Under the pieces are notes generated by a model, which had not been told where the DNA came from, made no database searches, and saw only the letters and a program-made list of their open reading frames with translations. Below, piece by piece: positions 19,407 to 25,629 of a DNA stretch of 64,000 nucleotides; the stretch's first letter is position 1, and each line of letters opens with the position of its first letter. Position numbers and translations under genes: made by a program. Source of the DNA: Gallionellaceae bacterium (lineage in GTDB: Bacteria; Pseudomonadota; Gammaproteobacteria; Burkholderiales; Gallionellaceae); NCBI GenBank assembly GCA_035531075.1, contig DATKTO010000026.1, forward strand, positions 49,897 to 113,896, read 5' to 3'.

Positions 19407-20711
19407 TTACGTTGTGCCGAACTTGGTTTCCACCATGACACCAATTTCTTTGAGGAAGGGGGTCGGCAATATACCACCAGCGCAGACAATGATTCCATCA
19501 TTTGCTAATGTCACTTCCTTTGTTTCGTGATTCAGCACCACGTTATCTTGTCCAACACGTTTGACCGTTGATTTGAGCATGATTTTGATTTTCCCCTTCT
19601 CGGCCAGAGCATTCAGGCGATCACGATTTTTCTGTTTCCCGCGTCCAAATGCCTCGCTGCGATAAGACAGCGTAACGGTCGTATCCGGCTCCTCCGCAAT
19701 GGCGATGGCAGCCTCCAGCGCACTGTCTCCTCCGCCCACTACCAATACATGCATGTTGCGGTATTGTTCAGGATCAATTAATCGGTAAACTACTTTCGGC
19801 AAATCTTCACCAGGTACCTCAAGTTTGCGCGGTGTACCACGTCGACCGATCGCAAGCAGAATGGCCCGAGTTTGATAGCTCTGTTTCGTACTTTTGACGA
19901 TGAAGCCATTATCGGATTTATTGATGGTCTCCATGCGCTCGTTATAATTTATTTTCATACCGGTTTTTTGTATGACTTTATCCCAGAACTCCAGCAATGC
20001 CTCCTTGCTGATCTCGCCCATCTTGACTTGCCCGATAATCGGTAACTTGACTGGGGCGGTCATTGCTATCTTATTGCGAGGGTAATGGAAAATTGCACCG
20101 CCCAGTGAACTCTCCTGTTCGAGGGTGACATAGCGTAATTTTTTTTCAATCGCGCCCAGAGTACCTGCCAGACCGGCAGGACCTGCCCCGATAATGACTA
20201 CATCAAGTGGATGAGCACTGTTCTTCAGCTTGCTGATGGAATCCATGGCCTGGCTTCCCTGGCTGGCTGATTTGCGTATGAGTCCCATGCCGCCCAATTC
20301 GCCAGCGATAAATATGCCCGGCACGTTTGTTTCAAAATTGGGGCTGATTTGGGGAATATCCATTCCCCTTTTCTCAGTGCCAAATACAAGAGAAATCGCA
20401 TCATGCGGGCAGGCAGCCATGCAAGCGCCGTGTCCTATGCAGATGGTAGGATGAATTAGCACAGCTTTGCCTTTGATTATCCCGATAGCGCCTTCAGGGC
20501 AGGCAGATACACAAGATGCTGAGCCCAGACATTTATTATGATCAATCAAGGGATGCAGCGAGGAAGGCTCGGTCAGACCTGCCTCCAAAACTTCCTTGAG
20601 TTGCTCCATCGCGCTGGACTCTTTGCGACTTCGGTTATAAAAGTAAAAAAACAACACTACTGCAAACGGTATCAAATATATTTCAAGACCATGAGTTTCA
20701 ATATTCAACAT
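19407..20711 (-). CDS. Membrane-anchored ferredoxin-domain / FAD-NAD(P) oxidoreductase fusion
   Basis: 434 aa with an N-terminal TM helix followed by basic residues. Two ferredoxin-like motifs are present (CLGSASCVSACP, CIGHGACMAACP). FAD and NAD(P) Rossmann motifs follow (VVIIGAGPAGL; VLVVGGGDSALE). Confidence 0.8.
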   Translation of the reverse strand: MLNIETHGLEIYLIPFAVVLFFYFYNRSRKESSAMEQLKEVLEAGLTEPSSLHPLIDHNKCLGSASCVSACPEGAIGIIKGKAVLIHPTICIGHGACMAACPHDAISLVFGTEKRGMDIPQISPNFETNVPGIFIAGELGGMGLIRKSASQGSQAMDSISKLKNSAHPLDVVIIGAGPAGLAGTLGAIEKKLRYVTLEQESSLGGAIFHYPRNKIAMTAPVKLPIIGQVKMGEISKEALLEFWDKVIQKTGMKINYNERMETINKSDNGFIVKSTKQSYQTRAILLAIGRRGTPRKLEVPGEDLPKVVYRLIDPEQYRNMHVLVVGGGDSALEAAIAIAEEPDTTVTLSYRSEAFGRGKQKNRDRLNALAEKGKIKIMLKSTVKRVGQDNVVLNHETKEVTLANDGIIVCAGGILPTPFLKEIGVMVETKFGTT

Positions 20712-20838
20712 TGATTTAATCCGATTTGTATAAATATGAATAAGATTCTGAGAATTGCGCGAGCAACTGCAAAAGATACCTGTTTTCTAACAATTATCAG
20801 GCTGGCGCAGAATAAATTTTATTTTATATAACATATAG

Positions 20839-20852
20839 TTGAATCTATTCAA
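20839..20852. promoter_or_regulatory. FNR/CRP-family-like palindrome TTGAATCTATTCAA (TTGA-N6-TCAA)
   Basis: Read directly in the 285-bp divergent intergenic region. It is 128 nt from the flavoprotein start and 145 nt from the TPR gene start. Confidence 0.3.
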
Positions 20853-20996
20853 TACCGACTCCCCAAATGGTATTTCTCCCCGGACATTCTGTCGCATATT
20901 ACCAAGCAATCATTAAATGCGCTACCACCGAAAGATTCGGTGTATTATTATTTTAAGATCGGATGCCAGTCACCGAATCTATTTCTCACTTACTTT

Positions 20997-21554
20997 ATGG
21001 ATCAAAAGATGAAAATCGTAAAGCAACGTATATGGGCAATTTCTGGTGGAACAGCATTGCTAGCTATGTTTTTTGGGCTTGGATATGCAGTTGGCAGCAA
21101 AACCCTGCAATATCCTGTTGAAACGGCAGGCAAATTAACCTCATCCGATATTGAGCATGCCTTTGCTGGCGTTAGATCCTCTGCACATGAACCGACAATG
21201 CATGAACCAGCCGCAATGGGACTGAGTGGATTGGTGGCGGGGTTAGAAAAAAAAGTGGCAGAAAATCCAAAAAATATTGACCAGCAACTGTTATTGGCAC
21301 AGACCTACAATGAGTTGAATAATCGTGCACAGAGCCTCAAGTTATTGCACTCCCTCAATAAGCAATTTCCCGAAAATGCACAAGTAAAAATCACGCTGGC
21401 AACCATCCTGATGACAGGGGCAGATAAACAAGAGCTCAAAGAAGCATACCAAATGTTTGATGCGGCGATCGAACTGAAACCCGAAGTCGCCAGTATGGCA
21501 CGCATGTACCAGGGTGAAATTAGAGTTGAGTTAGAAAATATGGACAGGCAATAA
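20997..21554 (+). CDS. Membrane-anchored periplasmic TPR protein, CcmI C-terminal-like
   Basis: Start moved to ATG 20997 (MDQKMKIVKQRIWAISGGTALLAMFFGLGYAV is the TM anchor). The TPR-like part LEKKVAENPKNIDQQLLLAQTYNELNNRAQSLKLL.. resembles the apocytochrome-binding part of CcmI/CycH. Confidence 0.55.
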   Translation: MDQKMKIVKQRIWAISGGTALLAMFFGLGYAVGSKTLQYPVETAGKLTSSDIEHAFAGVRSSAHEPTMHEPAAMGLSGLVAGLEKKVAENPKNIDQQLLLAQTYNELNNRAQSLKLLHSLNKQFPENAQVKITLATILMTGADKQELKEAYQMFDAAIELKPEVASMARMYQGEIRVELENMDRQ

Positions 21555-21609
21555 TAACTGTTCTTAAATTTTTTAATAACATCAAAAAGTTTATAGGCAT
21601 GGCAGGCAA

Positions 21610-22524
21610 ATGAATACAAATGCGCAATCAAATTCGGCGGGGCAGCAAAAGGAGCAACGCAAACCTCAGGCTAAAGTTCGTTCCAGGGAATATGGCTGGA
21701 ATATCTTTTTGCTCGTCATCTGTGGCGTACTCGCTATGGGTTACTTTATATCCACACAAAAATTTTACAAGCCAGGCGACGACTTGGGCTACAACATGGG
21801 CCTTATTGGCGGAATAATGCTTCTGGCACTGCTGCTATATCCTTTGCGCAAACGCGTCCGCATTTTAAGGAGTTTGGGTATTCTGCCCATCTGGTTTAAA
21901 TGGCATATGATTTTCGGGATTTTGGCCCCTACTCTGATCCTGTTCCACTCTACCTTTCACATTGGTTCGATCAATGCGGGCATGGCGCTCGTTGCCATGT
22001 TATTGGTCGCAAGTAGCGGCGTATTTGGCCGTTTCTTCTACACCAAAATTCACAATGGTCTATTTGGCAGACAAGCTAATCTCAAGGAGCTTCAAGCTGA
22101 GGTGTCACAGACGGGTAACGTAAAGTCATTACTAGGTTTTGCGCCAGAAATTGAAAAACAGCTGGACGAGTTTCGCGCTCGCACCACCAGTGTCTCCAAA
22201 GGCGGTGACGCAGAATTGTGGCATTTTTCAACGATAGGTATTAAGGCAACCCTGTTGTCCCGTTCCTTGGGAAAGCAATTGCATCATGCAATGTATTCGC
22301 AGGCGAAAGAAAAAAATTGGAACCCTGCTCAAATGCAACGCCTCGATCTCATGTACGAGGAAAACAACAAACAAATACAGCTTTACATCAAAGCAGTACG
22401 GGACGTTGCTCAGTTCCATACTTATGAAAGACTGTTTTCATGGTGGCATATCTTTCATATTCCGCTGGTATATCTGCTGATATTCAGCGGCATATTTCAT
22501 GTCATATCAGTGCATATGTACTGA
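21610..22524 (+). CDS. Five-helix membrane protein with two H-x13-H pairs (putative di-haem b)
   Basis: 304 aa with four N-terminal TM helices, a ~130-aa soluble insert and a final TM helix. His99/His113 lie in KWHMIFGILAPTLILFH, and His283/His297 lie in FHIPLVYLLIFSGIFH. Confidence 0.5.
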   Translation: MNTNAQSNSAGQQKEQRKPQAKVRSREYGWNIFLLVICGVLAMGYFISTQKFYKPGDDLGYNMGLIGGIMLLALLLYPLRKRVRILRSLGILPIWFKWHMIFGILAPTLILFHSTFHIGSINAGMALVAMLLVASSGVFGRFFYTKIHNGLFGRQANLKELQAEVSQTGNVKSLLGFAPEIEKQLDEFRARTTSVSKGGDAELWHFSTIGIKATLLSRSLGKQLHHAMYSQAKEKNWNPAQMQRLDLMYEENNKQIQLYIKAVRDVAQFHTYERLFSWWHIFHIPLVYLLIFSGIFHVISVHMY

Positions 22525-22543
22525 GTGACTCCCGCCTTCTTAT

Positions 22544-24313
22544 ATGCCAACATTTCTGCGTATTTTTCTATTAGCCGGCCTCACTCTGCTAGGGAGTATG
22601 CCTGTTCAAGCGGATTCAATAGGGGACATCTTATCGCCTGGAAAACTGATTGAGGGCCATGCCAAAGTAGAAAGCGAGTGCATAAAATGCCACAAAAAAT
22701 TTGATAAGGCCGCACAAAATTCGCTATGCAAGGATTGCCACAAGGATGTGGCAAATGACATTACTGAAATGCGCGGTTATCACGGCCATTTGAAAGAACA
22801 GAAAGACTGCAAGGAATGCCACACAGATCATAAAGGGCGAGATGCCAAAATTATCGTTTTTTCATCGGATAAATTTGATCATGCGCAAACCAATTTTCAG
22901 CTTAAGGGGAGGCATTTAAGTGACAAGGTCAAGTGCAAAGATTGCCACTTGCCTGCGAAAAAATTCCGCGAAGCGCCTTACGCATGTAATTCCTGCCACA
23001 AGAAGGACGATAGGCATAAAGGCGGTTTAGGTACTGATTGTGCGAAGTGCCACGAAGAAAAGGACTGGAAGACCACCCGCTTCGACCACGCTAAAACTGA
23101 TTTCAGACTGCTGGGCAAGCATAATGAAGTCAAGTGTAAAGAGTGTCATATTGATAACCGATATAAAGACACGCCAAAACTATGCAACTCATGTCACAAA
23201 AATGACGATAAGCATAAAGGTAATTTCGGCGGGAAATGCGAAACCTGTCACTTGGAAAAGGGCTGGAGAGAAATTATTTTTGACCACGGCAAACAGACAA
23301 AATACGCACTGCGCTGGAAACATAATGAAGCGAAATGCAGCAGTTGCCACAAGGGCGATGTATTTAAAGAAAAGCTTAAGACCGATTGTGTATCGTGCCA
23401 TAAAAGAGATGACAAGCATAAAGGAAACTTTGGCGGCAAGTGTGAAAGCTGCCACGTCGAAAAAGGCTGGAAAGAAATTCTGTTCGACCATGCCAAGAAA
23501 ACAAAATACCCATTGACAGGTAAACACATGACGGCCAAATGCAGCAGTTGCCACAAAGGTGACATGAAGGAAAAATTGCCGATGGACTGTTTCTCTTGTC
23601 ATAAAAAAGACGACAAGCATAAAGGAAACTTTGGCGGCAAGTGTGAAAGCTGCCACGTCGAGAGAGAATGGAAAGAAATTCTGTTTGACCATGCAAAGTC
23701 AACCAGGTATTCCCTGCTCGGCAAGCATAAGGAAGTGAGATGCGGCAGCTGCCACAAGGGTGATCTCTATAAAGACAAGCTGCAAACCAAGTGCATTGCC
23801 TGCCACGAAAGCGATGACAAACACAAAGGCCAGCAAGGCAAAAAATGCGAGTCTTGCCACAATGAGCAATCTTGGACGAAAGTAAAATTTGATCATAGCC
23901 TGTCAACCTTCCCCTTGTTGGGCAAGCATTTTCTGGTGGAGTGCAAAAAATGCCATGCGACGCCCTTATTCAAGGATGCGAAGTCAGACTGCTGGTCCTG
24001 CCATGAAAAAGAGGATGTGCACAAGCGACGCTTGGGAACTGCATGTGATAGCTGTCATAACATGCGTAACTGGAAAGCTTGGGACTTTGACCATAATAAA
24101 ACCGGCTTCAAGCTGGAGGGGCCACATGGCAAACTTGGCTGCTATCAATGCCACAAACAGCCCATGAATAAAAAACTAAGCCTCTCCAGTTCATGCGGCA
24201 GCTGCCACGCTGGCGACGATGTGCACAACGGTGAATATGGTCGTCAGTGTGAGCGTTGTCATATAGGAACTACATGGAAAAAAGTCCGGGTGGATGGGAA
24301 ATTTATACGTTGA
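22544..24313 (+). CDS. 24-haem c-type cytochrome (eight tandem cytochrome c7-type trihaem modules), secreted
   Basis: 589 aa with signal peptide MPTFLRIFLLAGLTLLGSMPVQA. I counted 24 CxxCH motifs in groups of three. The recurring module is KCxxCH..CxSCHxxDDKHKGxxGxKCxxCH..W....FDH..T.F.L.GKH. Confidence 0.9.
   Translation: MPTFLRIFLLAGLTLLGSMPVQADSIGDILSPGKLIEGHAKVESECIKCHKKFDKAAQNSLCKDCHKDVANDITEMRGYHGHLKEQKDCKECHTDHKGRDAKIIVFSSDKFDHAQTNFQLKGRHLSDKVKCKDCHLPAKKFREAPYACNSCHKKDDRHKGGLGTDCAKCHEEKDWKTTRFDHAKTDFRLLGKHNEVKCKECHIDNRYKDTPKLCNSCHKNDDKHKGNFGGKCETCHLEKGWREIIFDHGKQTKYALRWKHNEAKCSSCHKGDVFKEKLKTDCVSCHKRDDKHKGNFGGKCESCHVEKGWKEILFDHAKKTKYPLTGKHMTAKCSSCHKGDMKEKLPMDCFSCHKKDDKHKGNFGGKCESCHVEREWKEILFDHAKSTRYSLLGKHKEVRCGSCHKGDLYKDKLQTKCIACHESDDKHKGQQGKKCESCHNEQSWTKVKFDHSLSTFPLLGKHFLVECKKCHATPLFKDAKSDCWSCHEKEDVHKRRLGTACDSCHNMRNWKAWDFDHNKTGFKLEGPHGKLGCYQCHKQPMNKKLSLSSSCGSCHAGDDVHNGEYGRQCERCHIGTTWKKVRVDGKFIR
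23006..23870 (+). repeat. Tandem in-gene module repeats (periods 198/204/201/204 nt), including a 50-nt perfect duplicate
   Basis: The anchor codons (A/G)A(G/A)-CA(T/C)-AAA-GG recur at 23012, 23210, 23414, 23615 and 23819. The string gacaagcataaaggaaactttggcggcaagtgtgaaagctgccacgtcga is identical at 23411-23460 and 23612-23661. Confidence 0.9.
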
Positions 24314-24509
24314 TTTAGAGCATTTATATAAATAATTTCAACCATATACAAAATCTCATACCGTTCGTATCAATAATATAAATCCGATAAATGGGCTTGT
24401 CGTTTCATCAGCACCTAAAGTAAATTTTCAATTGCCGGCCAAAGAAAATTTAATGCAAGTGTTCAGTGATTGCTGCTTGCGTTAAAGCTTGGAAAAACAG
24501 GGGGGGAAA

Positions 24510-25490
24510 ATGACAAAAAAATTATTCAGAAGTCTGCAAACCAAGCATCGCTTAATGATGTCTGTATTCATTGCGTTTGCCATGATTATCCTGGCGCCTG
24601 GCGTTTCTGCGCAGGCCGTGCGCAACACCAGTGATTTCAATCACATGAGGACAGGTTTTCCCCTGACTGGCGTACACACGAATGTTGAGTGTGAAACTTG
24701 CCATGTAGGCGGAATATTCAAGGGCACACCCACCGACTGTGCGGGATGTCACTCAGCCGGCAGACGTGTTGTTGCAACACCCAAACCCGTCAACCATATC
24801 ATCAGCAATGCACCTTGCGAAACCTGCCATACCAATACGGTCACTTTCCAGGGGGCGCGCTTTAACCATATTGGCGTACAACCAAGAGCCTGCATGACCT
24901 GTCACAACGGTGGGATGGGACCGGGAAAACCGGGGGGGCACGTTGTAACCAACCTGGCTTGCGATAGATGCCACAGGACAAGTGCTTGGATACCGGCAGG
25001 TTATGATCACATTGGCGTTGCACCCGGCAGCTGTGCGAACTGCCACAATGGCAGCACTGCTACAGGCAAATCTCCGTCGCATGTTGCAACTACTGCCGCT
25101 TGCGACACCTGCCATTTAAATTTTACCAGTTTCTTGGGCGCTATATTTAACCATACGGGCGTAGCACCAGGAACCTGCGGTACCTGCCATAACGGCCAGA
25201 TTTCTGGCGCAACGACTAAAGTTTCAAACCATATTCCCTATACAGGCAACGCTTGTGACTCCTGTCATACCAATACCAGTAACTACACGTCATTTTTAGG
25301 GCCTGTAATGAATCACGCTGTGATAGGGACAACCGCCTGTAAGACTTGTCACGCTACAGGAACGTCATATCTGGGGAATATGGAGAAGAAGGCTGTTACA
25401 CATAATTCACCAACTGCTGTGGATTGCGCACAATCAGGCTGCCATAAACCTGGACTGAACGGTCGAGGTACGCTGTATTTAATCTGGTGA
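24510..25490 (+). CDS. Multihaem c-type cytochrome (10 CxxCH plus one CxxxxCH), secreted
   Basis: Start set at ATG 24510, behind a G-rich SD. The signal peptide is ..ILAPGVSAQA. The ~47-aa dihaem units have the form F(N/D)H.GV.PG.C..CHNG......H......C..CH. The terminal motif is DCAQSGCH. Confidence 0.88.
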   Translation: MTKKLFRSLQTKHRLMMSVFIAFAMIILAPGVSAQAVRNTSDFNHMRTGFPLTGVHTNVECETCHVGGIFKGTPTDCAGCHSAGRRVVATPKPVNHIISNAPCETCHTNTVTFQGARFNHIGVQPRACMTCHNGGMGPGKPGGHVVTNLACDRCHRTSAWIPAGYDHIGVAPGSCANCHNGSTATGKSPSHVATTAACDTCHLNFTSFLGAIFNHTGVAPGTCGTCHNGQISGATTKVSNHIPYTGNACDSCHTNTSNYTSFLGPVMNHAVIGTTACKTCHATGTSYLGNMEKKAVTHNSPTAVDCAQSGCHKPGLNGRGTLYLIW

Positions 25491-25629
25491 TCAATAATTC
25501 ATTCCTGGTGGATGCGATGTAATTTTTGTCGCAAGCCTGCACGCAGAATGGAATTTTTAAATAAATCAAAATAGTACTCAGCCCGCTTATTTTTCTAAAC
25601 GGGTTGCTTGCCAAAGGAGTTCAAGTATT

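Noticed and set aside
23040-23906. Long alternative-frame and antisense ORFs lie inside the 24-haem gene (23040-23516 +, 23189-23692 -, 23248-23565 -, 23376-23906 -).
   Set aside because: They are by-products of the repetitive, Lys/Cys/His-codon-biased sequence. Their translations are low-complexity with no motifs, while the annotated frame carries 24 CxxCH.
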